DNA of 64,000 nt from positions 672,001 to 736,000 of the forward strand of contig CBDFJF010000001.1 of assembly GCA_965248265.1 (NCBI GenBank), in the 5' to 3' direction. Every line of letters starts with the position of its first letter. Positions within the stretch are counted from its first letter, which is position 1. Of this stretch, positions 9,146 to 18,069 are shown in pieces. Made by a program: the position numbers and the translations under genes. Below the pieces are notes generated by a model, which saw only the letters and a list, made by a program, of their open reading frames with translations, searched no databases and was not told the origin of the DNA. Source of the stretch: Candidatus Latescibacterota bacterium (GTDB lineage: Bacteria > Latescibacterota > UBA2968 > UBA8231).

Positions 9146-9907
9146 CTATTCGAGTCCAGTGGACGTGAAGCGACAGGCGCGGTCGAACGAGATTCGCAGC
9201 CGCGGGGCTGCTTCGTAGGGCCAGGGATCGTGGGACATCGGTATGTAGTGGCTGACGAAACTGTGTCTGAAGGATCCGGGCTCCAAGATCGGGCCGCCGC
9301 GGTGGATGAGGCGGCGGTGGAAGAAAATCAAATCACCTTTCTCAGCTTCCAGCGCAACCTCGGGCATGCCGTTCTGCCTGACAAACTCGTCGAAGACGTC
9401 CTCGTGATCCCGTCCTTGCCAGCGTCCGGGCTTGCCGTTTTCGTCCACTCTGAAGTCCTTCTTGTCGGCCGCCGGCCCTTTGTGCGACCCCACCTGGACC
9501 TGCAAGGTGCCGTTGTCGGCGTTGACGTCAACGAGGGCACTCCAGGCGCCGATGCAACCCGGCAGATGATACTCGTCCTGATGCCAGCGCTGTTCCGTTC
9601 CCTTGAAATTGTACATCCCCTGAATGCATTCAGGTTCTCCTCCCAGAAGCGTGGTCAGCGGCTCCCTGAGGCGCGCGTCGACCATCCACTGAAGGGCGTA
9701 GGGTTCTAGATGGGAGCGATAGATAACGCGCTCCCAATCGTCGGCGTCGCGAGGATCGTAGTGGAGCACCTGTTTTCGGCCGGCCTGCAGGTCAAGCATG
9801 TAGTCGACGAATTCATCACACTCGTCGGCACTCCACGCTCCCCTGACGACGGTATAGCCGTCGCGCCCGAACTCCTCGATGTGTGCCGGCATCAACTGCA
9901 AGGCCAT
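9146..9907 (-). CDS. phytanoyl-CoA dioxygenase (PhyH) family Fe(II)/2OG dioxygenase
   Basis: WHQD, NG.LQVQVGSHK and GDLIFFHRRLIHRG motifs. Confidence 0.9.
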   Translation of the reverse strand: MALQLMPAHIEEFGRDGYTVVRGAWSADECDEFVDYMLDLQAGRKQVLHYDPRDADDWERVIYRSHLEPYALQWMVDARLREPLTTLLGGEPECIQGMYNFKGTEQRWHQDEYHLPGCIGAWSALVDVNADNGTLQVQVGSHKGPAADKKDFRVDENGKPGRWQGRDHEDVFDEFVRQNGMPEVALEAEKGDLIFFHRRLIHRGGPILEPGSFRHSFVSHYIPMSHDPWPYEAAPRLRISFDRACRFTSTGLE

Positions 9908-10260
9908 GGCAATCTTCTCGTTCCTTCTCGTTCGGAACAGTTCGTACAAGAGTATAGGGCAGAGCGTCTGTCAGCAGCGATCCCAGATTTCCCGCACGAG
10001 GGCCATCATCTGTTGCGCCTCGGCCCAGCGACCGGATAGCTCCTTGCCGTCGGGACCGAGTATGGCATACCACATCTCCATGTTGGTGATCTCGAGCTTG
10101 CGCTGTCGGATCTGGGTCACGGTTCTTCGCCTTACGCCACTGTAGATCGCTCAGAAGTAGAGATACAAGTAGAGCGGGTGGCAATCCTCTTCGTTGGCCG
10201 CTCTACCTCCGGCCCCTGGCGACCATCGTTTTGATGGTCCGATGCTCGGTAACGGATGAC

Positions 10261-11055
10261 TCACTCCGCTACGTGTGCTGTCGGACCTGGTGAGTCACCG
10301 CGCAATTGTGCCGCAATCTGTTCGATTCCGCTTCCGTTCAATGCTTCGCGCTTCTGCCGGCCCACCCTGGCCATGAGCTCCGCATCCACGACGATTGGCG
10401 CCCCCTCGCGTACCGCTACGCAAAGCCCATCACTTGGCCGGCAGTCTATTTGATGCTCTGCACCATCGCTCTCGACCGCCAGCTCTGCGTAGAACGTCTC
10501 GTCTCGACAATCCGTGATCCGCAGTTCCGTCGGTTTGGTCTGCATCTGCCTGAGCATATCGGCCATGAAATCGTGCGTCAGGGGCCGTTCGTATGCGATG
10601 TCCTCGATGCCCTGGACAAGGGCGTGCGCTTCTGTGGCTTGGATGAAGATTGGCATCAGATGATCGCCTTGCACTTCTTCGAGCAACACCACAAAACCAG
10701 GCACTTCGTGCTCCCCAAACTTTAGGGTGCGCTCTTGGACATCGCCGATTGACAAGCTCACCCACTCTGGCCTGTCCAATGACTCATCTGGAACGGTGGT
10801 AGCGCTTCGAACGGCTACCTCAAGTTTCTGCCAGTTCTCGAAGCCGTGTTCTTTGGCAATCACCATCTGAGCGTCCAGTAACGAAAACCGCGCACGGAGA
10901 ACCTCCGCATCGGACGCACCAGATAGCTTCGGTAGGACGTCTCTCAGACGCGAAACGGTTCCGTGATCGCCGGACCTGTGGGCTTTCAGAAGGGACTTGG
11001 CCTGCTTCTTGAGCTGCTCAAGATTCGGCCGTGGAGGTAGTGATTGAGAAGACAT
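10261..11055 (-). CDS. bifunctional nuclease (DUF151) domain protein with an N-terminal LP.RPNLEQLKKQAK helical domain
   Basis: MPIFI...EA, RPLTHD, FYAEL, IDCRPSDG and API motifs. The N-terminal LEQLKKQAK...AQ.VIAKEHGF.NW domain is usually seen on ankyrin or glyoxalase proteins. Confidence 0.85.
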   Translation of the reverse strand: MSSQSLPPRPNLEQLKKQAKSLLKAHRSGDHGTVSRLRDVLPKLSGASDAEVLRARFSLLDAQMVIAKEHGFENWQKLEVAVRSATTVPDESLDRPEWVSLSIGDVQERTLKFGEHEVPGFVVLLEEVQGDHLMPIFIQATEAHALVQGIEDIAYERPLTHDFMADMLRQMQTKPTELRITDCRDETFYAELAVESDGAEHQIDCRPSDGLCVAVREGAPIVVDAELMARVGRQKREALNGSGIEQIAAQLRGDSPGPTAHVAE

Positions 11056-11200
11056 ACGACACCCCTTTCCGCAAGCCTGGCGTCCGCGTCAAACAGGCAA
11101 AAAAGGGGTTGATTGATACCGAGGTGGGAGATGGGCTTGGCCCTTTCGCGGACTTGGGGGCTCACTCCCGAGCACTGATACCGAAGATACAGTGCGAGAT
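11056..11200 (-). ncRNA. putative structured cis-regulatory leader RNA (pseudoknot)
   Basis: A minus-strand stem GGGAGUGAGCCC/GGGCCAAGCCCAUCUCCC has a loop GUCCGCG complementary to the downstream CGCGGAC near the RBS. An upstream hairpin carries a cUUCGg loop. Confidence 0.5.
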
Positions 11201-11305
11201 AGGCCATTTCAAGTAGAGAGACCCGGACGGACGCCTGGGCACTTTTTTTCATTGAGATTGTAGCTGAGCGTTATGTACTCCTACGCTCGAGCATTCTATG
11301 GATGA

Positions 11306-13225
11306 GTGCACTCAGCAAGCAACATCATGAGAACTGATCGACAACTCGTAGAGGCGTGCCTGGCTGGGGAGACCCAGGCCTTCGCTGCCCTCGTGGACCG
11401 CTATCGCTATCCGGTGTACGGGCTGTGTGTAGGCTTCACGAAGGATTTCGACGCTGCAGAGGACGCGGCGCAAGAGGCCTTCATCGCATCCTACCTCAAA
11501 CTCGGCAACCTGCATGAGCCGGATGGTTTCGGCCCCTGGGTCAAGCGCATCGCCATCAACCAGTGCAGGATGTGGCGACGACGGCAAAGACGGTTGGTGC
11601 CCCTGACACCGGAGCAGGAAGCTGTGTTGGCCGACCCGGCACGGTCGCCAGAGGATAGCATCATCCGTCGGGAGCAACGGCAGCAGGTCTTGGGGGCTAT
11701 CGCCGGGTTGAGCGAGGCCCAGCAGCAAGCGGTCGTGCTCTTCTACCTGAAGGAGCTGACTCTCCAGCAGATCGCCGACTTCCTCGAAGTGGAACCGCAG
11801 ACGGTGGAGCAGCGGCTCTACCGAGCACGTAGAAAGCTGAAAGAGAGGAGACTGGACATGGTGGCAGCAACGTTGGAAGGCACGCAGTTGCCGGAGGATT
11901 TCACGGACCAAGTCGTAGCCGAAGCGGTATCCAAGGGTGAGCAGTTGCTATCAGAGAAGGACTGGGCAGCGGCAAAAACGATGTTCAGCCGGGTTACAGA
12001 GGCACTGCCCGATCACGCGCAGGCACACCGCGGACTCGGCCTTGCCCTTGATGGCTCAGTCAAAGCGGCCCTGCGGGAACCAAAGGTGTTCGGGAACGGT
12101 GAATTGGTGCAGGAAACCTTTGCTGCACTCGAGCGCGCCTACCATCTGGGTACGGCGGACGATAAAGTCGTCAACGCCTTAAGTGGACTATACCAGAGGT
12201 TCGGACGCCACCGTGAAGGCGGTGAGTTCTTGGAGGCCGAGGCAGCCCGACGAACCGACTGGTACGAGCAGATCCGTCTGCTCGGACGGGCGATCGGGCT
12301 TTTCTACCACGCGTACTACAAGGACGACTCGTCGAACATGGAGAGTTGCGTGCGCTGCCACCGGCGCATGCGCGCGCTGGTTCCGGCGGATATGGAGCCG
12401 CGACGCAAACTGAGCGCCTGGACGCCGGGCGGTATGTCTCTGGCGTACGCGCACATGGGCTTGTCCCAGGAGGTCTTCGACGAGCTGGAGGCACTCCGGG
12501 ATGCCATCGCCGGTGAGTGGTCAGTGTACGACCACTTCTGCTATACCTTGGCTTACAGCAACCAGCATCGCGAGACGAAGCAGTGGGCCGCCTGTGTGGC
12601 CCAGGGGCGTGAGTTCGTAGACTGGGCGAAGGGGATTCCATCGGACGATCGGCGGATGTTCTTGGAGGCCTTGCAGCTCGACGGCAGGACGGACACGCCG
12701 GAGAGACACAAGGTAGGCGAGTGGGTCCGCTGGTGGACGATTCTCTACACCCTCCACGAGATGATCAAGGCCGAGGTCCAGGCTGGCAGCGACACTGGGA
12801 CGACCTTTGCCGATGTCGAGCTGGCGCTCGAACGTCACGAGCAGCATGTGGGGAGCGCCGACGACAACGAGTCAGTTGAGCAGAGCCAGGAACGTCTTGC
12901 CGGCAACTACCTGATCGGTGGCTCAGCGGCGTACGGGTCTGGGCGCTATGCCAAGGCGGTCGAGTGGTTTGAGCGAGCACAGGAGCTGTTGGGCACACTG
13001 GGTGCGGGACCTGAACCGCTGTATGCCGCGGCCTCGCTAGTCAGTCTCGGGGAGGTTGATGCGGCGAAAGACTATCTGCAGAAGATGGACAACCGCCGGA
13101 TCACGATCGGAATTGGGAGGGCGGAGTTCGAGGCCTGCCGCGAGCTCGACGCTGTGCGCAACGACCCCGACATCATCGCCCTAGTGGAGTCATGGAAGCG
13201 GGCAGAGACCCTAGCCGCTTCGTGA
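11306..13225 (+). CDS. ECF sigma-70 factor with C-terminal TPR domain
   Basis: AEDAAQEAF, FGPWVKRIAIN and TVEQRLYRAR motifs, then TPR-like helices. Probable start is ATG 11327 (MRTDRQL). Confidence 0.85.
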   Translation: MHSASNIMRTDRQLVEACLAGETQAFAALVDRYRYPVYGLCVGFTKDFDAAEDAAQEAFIASYLKLGNLHEPDGFGPWVKRIAINQCRMWRRRQRRLVPLTPEQEAVLADPARSPEDSIIRREQRQQVLGAIAGLSEAQQQAVVLFYLKELTLQQIADFLEVEPQTVEQRLYRARRKLKERRLDMVAATLEGTQLPEDFTDQVVAEAVSKGEQLLSEKDWAAAKTMFSRVTEALPDHAQAHRGLGLALDGSVKAALREPKVFGNGELVQETFAALERAYHLGTADDKVVNALSGLYQRFGRHREGGEFLEAEAARRTDWYEQIRLLGRAIGLFYHAYYKDDSSNMESCVRCHRRMRALVPADMEPRRKLSAWTPGGMSLAYAHMGLSQEVFDELEALRDAIAGEWSVYDHFCYTLAYSNQHRETKQWAACVAQGREFVDWAKGIPSDDRRMFLEALQLDGRTDTPERHKVGEWVRWWTILYTLHEMIKAEVQAGSDTGTTFADVELALERHEQHVGSADDNESVEQSQERLAGNYLIGGSAAYGSGRYAKAVEWFERAQELLGTLGAGPEPLYAAASLVSLGEVDAAKDYLQKMDNRRITIGIGRAEFEACRELDAVRNDPDIIALVESWKRAETLAAS

Positions 13226-13266
13226 AGCAAACGTCTATCACCGGAGCGGCCGCGGTCCGCCAGCGA

Positions 13267-13310
13267 GAATCAGTCAAACGTGTGATGCTCGGCGGGAATC
13301 AGAGTGATAT
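13267..13310. repeat. 44-bp palindromic intergenic repeat, copy A
   Basis: GAATCAGTCAAACGTGTGATGCTCGGCGGGAATCAGAGTGATAT; 37/44 identical to 29846-29889. Confidence 0.7.
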
Positions 13311-13672
13311 TACGACGATCTCGAGAGACGCCGCTGTGCTACGTCGAGTCCCTGCAGCATCTCCTCTACCAAGGCTTTGTGGTGTAGGATTATCTGACGG
13401 ACATATTCGAGCTCGTCGGACGATCTCGCGTAGTGCAGCTTGAAGTCAGCCGGGTTCCAGAAACTCACCCAGCGTTCTTCGGCGCTTGTGAAGTAGACTG
13501 GTTCGCCGCTAGCCAGATATCGCGCCGCCATCTCGAATATGTCTCCTGGGTCACCCAGGTCACCAGGAGCCTCATCGACCTCGAGGGCTTCGTTCACTCC
13601 AAGGGACCGCAACCGTTCCAGAAGCTGTTGGGATTCTTCCTCCATGGGCTCGTAGGGATATAGCCGTTCCAT
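13310..13672 (-). CDS. hypothetical acidic protein
   Basis: AGGAG RBS, 120 aa, directly downstream of the recombinase. Confidence 0.65.
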   Translation of the reverse strand: MERLYPYEPMEEESQQLLERLRSLGVNEALEVDEAPGDLGDPGDIFEMAARYLASGEPVYFTSAEERWVSFWNPADFKLHYARSSDELEYVRQIILHHKALVEEMLQGLDVAQRRLSRSS

Positions 13673-13699
13673 GAGTTTTTCTCCTGTCGTGTCGTGTGG

Positions 13700-14638
13700 T
13701 TAGGTGAGAGTACCGGCATCGAGGCTCCTGATCGCCTCCACAAGCTGCTGAGGGCGCGCCTTCGCGTATCTCAGAGCCATCTCCATCGATCTATGTCCCA
13801 TCAGCTCCATGATCCGATCGAGCGGCACACCCCTGTCCCTGAGCCTTGTAGCGAAGGTGTGGCGAAGCTGATGGAGGTGGACGTGCCCGACCTGCGACCT
13901 CATTCCAGCGCTGTGCAGCGACCTCTTAATGTCGCCGAATCGAATCACTGGCTGATCATGCATCGCCAAGGCCGGCTTTAGCTGTGCCAGCAGCGACCAG
14001 ACTCGATCCGTCATCGGGATCACGCGATAGTCCTTGTTCTTCGACTGCCGCACAGTCACCGTACCAGCCTCGAAATCGACATCACGCCAGATCAATCGTT
14101 GGATTTCCGAGCGTCTCATACCCGTGTCGGCTGCCATGATGACCACCTGTCTGGTGCGCTCCGGGCATGCTTCGATCAGCGATTCCAGCTCAGCGTCGCT
14201 GAGGGCGTCTGGTACCGTGCTCTGCTCCTTCAGCATCGTGACTCTGGATGTGGGGTCATCGGTGATGTAGTCCCAATTGCGCGCCGTTTTGAACAACGTT
14301 TTCAACGTCGCCAGGTAGCGGTTGGTTGTGGACGCGGTGACCCCGTCGAGGTTCCGCCGGCGGGTCAGATACCGATCGATCTGGCGGGTGGTGATGGATT
14401 CCAGGGGTAGGTCGCCAAACTCGTCATCCAGCTTCCGGAGCATGCCTGACAGACCTCGCCAGGTGTTGGGGCTCCAGCCGCCGAAATCCGTACGGAATTC
14501 GGCGAGAAACTGGCCGAAGGTGCAGCTCGTATCGCTGTCTGTAGCTGGGTTACACTGCCTATGCCCCTTTGCGGTCGCGGTCGTGGACCGTGCGCGCAAG
14601 TTCAAAGACCTCTGCAGTGTGTCGGTCATCTTGCTCAA
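13700..14638 (-). CDS. tyrosine recombinase/integrase (XerC/D-like), copy 1
   Basis: Catalytic R (TGMRRSE), K (QSKNK), HQLRH, GH and Y (LRYAK) all present. Confidence 0.92.
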   Translation of the reverse strand: MSKMTDTLQRSLNLRARSTTATAKGHRQCNPATDSDTSCTFGQFLAEFRTDFGGWSPNTWRGLSGMLRKLDDEFGDLPLESITTRQIDRYLTRRRNLDGVTASTTNRYLATLKTLFKTARNWDYITDDPTSRVTMLKEQSTVPDALSDAELESLIEACPERTRQVVIMAADTGMRRSEIQRLIWRDVDFEAGTVTVRQSKNKDYRVIPMTDRVWSLLAQLKPALAMHDQPVIRFGDIKRSLHSAGMRSQVGHVHLHQLRHTFATRLRDRGVPLDRIMELMGHRSMEMALRYAKARPQQLVEAIRSLDAGTLT

Positions 14639-15480
14639 CTGCTCAATCCACCTCCCACGGCATCGGTCTTCTCATGGGAGTCGACCCGAGACACATCACC
14701 AAGTCCCTTCCAAAGGACACGCCGCAGCGAGTCGAGTTCGGAGGTAGCCGGCAACGATTCGACTTGCCGGCCATGGGTCACAAAGGGGCCTCCGCATTCG
14801 GCAGGCAGATCGATCTCTATGGACTCGCCTCCTCCCGGCTGGTTGAGATGGACGCGAGCGTCACTGGTAGACCGTATTGGCAGCACAATGCTGGGCTGCA
14901 ATTCGAATGGCTCGAACCAGGCCAGCTGATGCGCCAGTTCGCTCAGCTCCCAACTGTCGAAGCACTGGTCGAGGAGTTCGATTTCGCTTGAGCTGCCATT
15001 CTCGACATTGATACCAGGAAACCCCCGATATGTGCACGTGCGTTTCTCACCACCGCGGGTGAAGTGCAGCAGGATCGTGCCAGAGTCTTTGAGCCCGAGT
15101 GCATACAGCGTGTGGAGCGTTGGAGCATCAGGCAGTTCAGGCTCTGGATAAAAACTCGCCTGAGCGTTCTCGATACCGGACTGAAGATCACTCATCAGCT
15201 CCGCTTCCTTGCGGACAGCTGCCCGGAGGTCGTACAGCTCCTCCGGCGTGCTGGCATTCCGGTACGTCAAGGGGCCCTCGAGCGCTCCCAGCCCTGATTC
15301 GACCTCGTTCTCGAAGTAAACCGGTACTCCTGAAGCCATGAGGTCGGTCACCATTGAGAATACCTCCTCGCGGTCGAGGCACAGCGATAGCTCGAGCTCT
15401 GCCGACTCCACTGGGCCGTTAGCAGCCTTGAGTATCTCGATTGCTGCTTGCTGATCGGGTTCAAGGTAGATGGGTGTCAT
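14635..15480 (-). CDS. winged-HTH domain hypothetical protein
   Basis: GAGGAGG RBS before ATG 15480. The N-terminal GPVESAELE...REEVFSMVTDLMASGVPV region resembles 30844-31191. Its stop overlaps the recombinase start (ATGA). Confidence 0.6.
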   Translation of the reverse strand: MTPIYLEPDQQAAIEILKAANGPVESAELELSLCLDREEVFSMVTDLMASGVPVYFENEVESGLGALEGPLTYRNASTPEELYDLRAAVRKEAELMSDLQSGIENAQASFYPEPELPDAPTLHTLYALGLKDSGTILLHFTRGGEKRTCTYRGFPGINVENGSSSEIELLDQCFDSWELSELAHQLAWFEPFELQPSIVLPIRSTSDARVHLNQPGGGESIEIDLPAECGGPFVTHGRQVESLPATSELDSLRRVLWKGLGDVSRVDSHEKTDAVGGGLSS

Positions 15481-15624
15481 CGCGGGACCTCCTCTGTGGT
15501 TGAGAGCTGGGGCTCTGTAATGCCCGATGTCGCTCGACGGGCGTTCTTGAGGCCCAAAAGTGACTGTGATCTGTCGATCTGATCTCTTCATCAGGGCAGA
15601 TTCAGGGGCACTCGGCTTGAGTGT

Positions 15625-16137
15625 TCAATTGCTGAACGGCAACTTTGTACATCCCACAGACACGCCGAAGACCTCGAATGGATTGTGCCAGTCGTCGTCG
15701 AGGTCGAAGGTTCCTTGGCATTGGTCTCTGGCTCTGCGCTGAAGTCGCTCGAAAGCAGGGTCCTCGGCTCGTGCGACTATGTGCCGATCGCCAAACTTAT
15801 CGTGGCGAGTCAGATACCGAAGAAGCTCGAGGATCTCTGACCGAGTGAAGAGGAAGTCAATTGTGTCTTCGGCGAACATTTTCTCGTCGCCGTCCAACTG
15901 GTCGTACTCTGGGATCAGCAGGCGATACATGTTCACCGTGTGTTTACGTCCAAGTCCGTACCAGATGAGGATCTCGCTCGCCGAGGGTCCAGTGGAAATT
16001 GAGTAGACTCCAAAGAGATCGCTTTTCACTTGATCGATGCTTTCAATGATCCTGAACAGCTTGTACAGAACGACGCAATCAGACCTCCCAGCATATTGGT
16101 GTGCCGGCGCAGCTTCTCCCGACTCGGATGACCTCAT
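15625..16137 (-). CDS. hypothetical protein
   Basis: 170-aa ORF, co-oriented within the module. Confidence 0.5.
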   Translation of the reverse strand: MRSSESGEAAPAHQYAGRSDCVVLYKLFRIIESIDQVKSDLFGVYSISTGPSASEILIWYGLGRKHTVNMYRLLIPEYDQLDGDEKMFAEDTIDFLFTRSEILELLRYLTRHDKFGDRHIVARAEDPAFERLQRRARDQCQGTFDLDDDWHNPFEVFGVSVGCTKLPFSN

Positions 16138-16150
16138 GGCTCAACGAATG

Positions 16151-16588
16151 TCATCGCCTTGCCCCTTTTGAGGCCGAGGTGCCGTTGAGGACTTTCTGGA
16201 ATGCCCCACCTTGCGCTACTGGATCCGCAAGGCTCAACAAGCGCCGAAGCCGACCCTCCGTAAGCAGAGAGATCCGCTCGTCATCGTCGTTAATGCCGAG
16301 GGCCTCCGTTTGGATGTCCTGCGGTAAACCGAGGAGGCGCAGATAATTGGCGATGGTGCTGCGTGGAGTACCGATCAAGCGAGCTAGTTCGGCCTGCGAA
16401 TCGGCCTGTCCAGATTCCAGAAGATCCTGGTAGTGCAGGGCTTGTTTGAGGGCGTTCGAATGTCTCTCTAACTTGAGGCGGCCAGGTTTTCGGTCTTTTC
16501 GACCTATCTGGATGTAGGGAGTGGTTCTCCTATGCCCTTGAAAAACATGAAACTTATCCCACACCAGCCCAAAGTTCGATGAATCCAA
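16151..16588 (-). CDS. ParB/Spo0J C-terminal-like HTH protein, copy 1
   Basis: ALHYQDLLESG..DSQAELARLIGTPRSTIANYLRLL.LP; conserved in three copies; start uncertain. Confidence 0.75.
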   Translation of the reverse strand: MDSSNFGLVWDKFHVFQGHRRTTPYIQIGRKDRKPGRLKLERHSNALKQALHYQDLLESGQADSQAELARLIGTPRSTIANYLRLLGLPQDIQTEALGINDDDERISLLTEGRLRRLLSLADPVAQGGAFQKVLNGTSASKGARR

Positions 16589-16955
16589 CGTTTGGGCTAC
16601 CAGATGTTACGTCTCGCTGAACCCTTGACACATCGTGGTCGAGGAGGGCGAGGCGGATTTGATCGGGGGTCCAGACGAGGTGGTTGATACGGAGGCGCAC
16701 CAGTTCCCTCCGCTCCTCTGGAAGGGCTTCCCGGTAGAGATCACCAAAGGTCGTCAGCGACTCGGTCATGGACTGGGCGCTGACGGCCTTTTCTTTTGCT
16801 GCCTCGATCTCCATGTCCAGGGACAGGATCTCATCATCGAGCTGCTCGGCCTGCTCCTCCAGCTCGTATATTTTTTTGCTGACGGATTTCATGCTCTTAC
16901 GGCGCCCCGCAAGCCCCTCTACGAGGGCGTCGATCTGGTCCTGCGCCCGGCGTCG
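16554..16955 (-). pseudogene. C-terminal remnant of a large serine recombinase (coiled-coil tail)
   Basis: ...QIDALVEGL...KIYELEEQAEQL...PEERRELVRLRINHLVW...GSP. The 5' part is lost at an abrupt junction near 16955. A paralogous stump lies at 32481. Confidence 0.6.
16574..16602 (+). mobile_element. att-like site resembling a tRNA 3' end (junction 1)
   Basis: GTTCGATGAATCCAACGTTTGGGCTACCA, lying inside the 3' end of the serine recombinase remnant. Confidence 0.6.
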
Positions 16956-17775
16956 AATTCAGAGGCAGTACGGCGCGGAAATCATCCCCGTACGCCCTGC
17001 AGGCCTGCCCCAGTTCTCCTTCCACGGCCGTCAACTCGCCAAGCACATCTTGCCGTGTCTGGATTGGGATCCCCCCGTCTTCCGTCGCCTTCCTCAGGGC
17101 TTGGATGTCCTGCACAAGCCGCCTCCGAATCGCCGCCTGAATGGCGAGCTGGCCTGACTGCGCCTCCACGTCCGTGAGACCCGGGCCTGGCAGCGGCTCA
17201 TTCACCCACTCCGGCTCTCCCGCGTAGACCTCGATCTCGTCCACGAAGGTGTACCGCCCCACGGGCCACACAACCAGGCTGACGTAGCGGCCGTGAGTCC
17301 TCAACTGGTCCGTGACAAATCGATGTACCCCATACTCCGTTGGTGAAGGGACTGGGGAGTGTGCCGCGCTCAACCCCACCAGCTCCCCGATCTCATGGAA
17401 TTCCTCGTCTTCACCCGCCGTGAAGACAAAGATCGCCTCCGGCCACTTCACGCTCGCAGTACCGGCCGCCGTATGGAACGAAATACCCCGTATCGGCCTC
17501 ACCGCACCCAGGTCCAGCGTCACGATCACGGGCTTCACTCTGACCCAGCCCACTGTCGACAGCTGTGTCCAGAGACTCTCCTCCGTCTGATCGTACACCC
17601 CATCCGTCAGCTGCGTGACATCAGCCGCGTCCTTGCAATGCCTGTAATTCGGCGCCTGCTCCATCGTGTAGCTCGCCCCCAACGCAATGTTCTCGCTCGG
17701 ACGATCCACCGCCGTGTCCTGCGCCCACACCCGTCCCACTATCAACAACCCTATTGCTGCCAATGTCCGTTTCAT
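16956..17775 (-). pseudogene. secreted discoidin/galactose-binding-like protein, C-terminally truncated
   Basis: Signal peptide and NIALGASY, QLTDG, LDLG, GRYV, FVDEIEVY motifs. The frame runs into recombinase sequence after AVLPLN. Confidence 0.6.
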
Positions 17776-18069
17776 CGCTTGTCTCCCGCTATCTGATCCC
17801 AGGCCTGCTGAGAATCTGCAGGAACGTGACCTGTGACCGTCACGCGTTGCGGAGAAGAGGCATTTCTCCTTGGCCTCTCAACGTAAGCTGCGCCCGGTAG
17901 ATCGAACAGGGCGCGAGGTTGCATGCCGAGTCTCCGCTTGTGATGGGAAATAGGAGCCGTGAAACACGCGCTCGCTTTTCCTATGTTATCGCTCACATCT
18001 CAGGCGATCGTTATCGCCCACATCTCGACGATCACAGGCAGACCTCCATGAGCAAGGACACTACCGTCA

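Noticed and set aside
16950-16965. EcoRI site at a truncation junction, suggesting a cloning chimera
   Set aside because: The other junctions examined do not coincide with GAATTC, so a single hit is compatible with chance.
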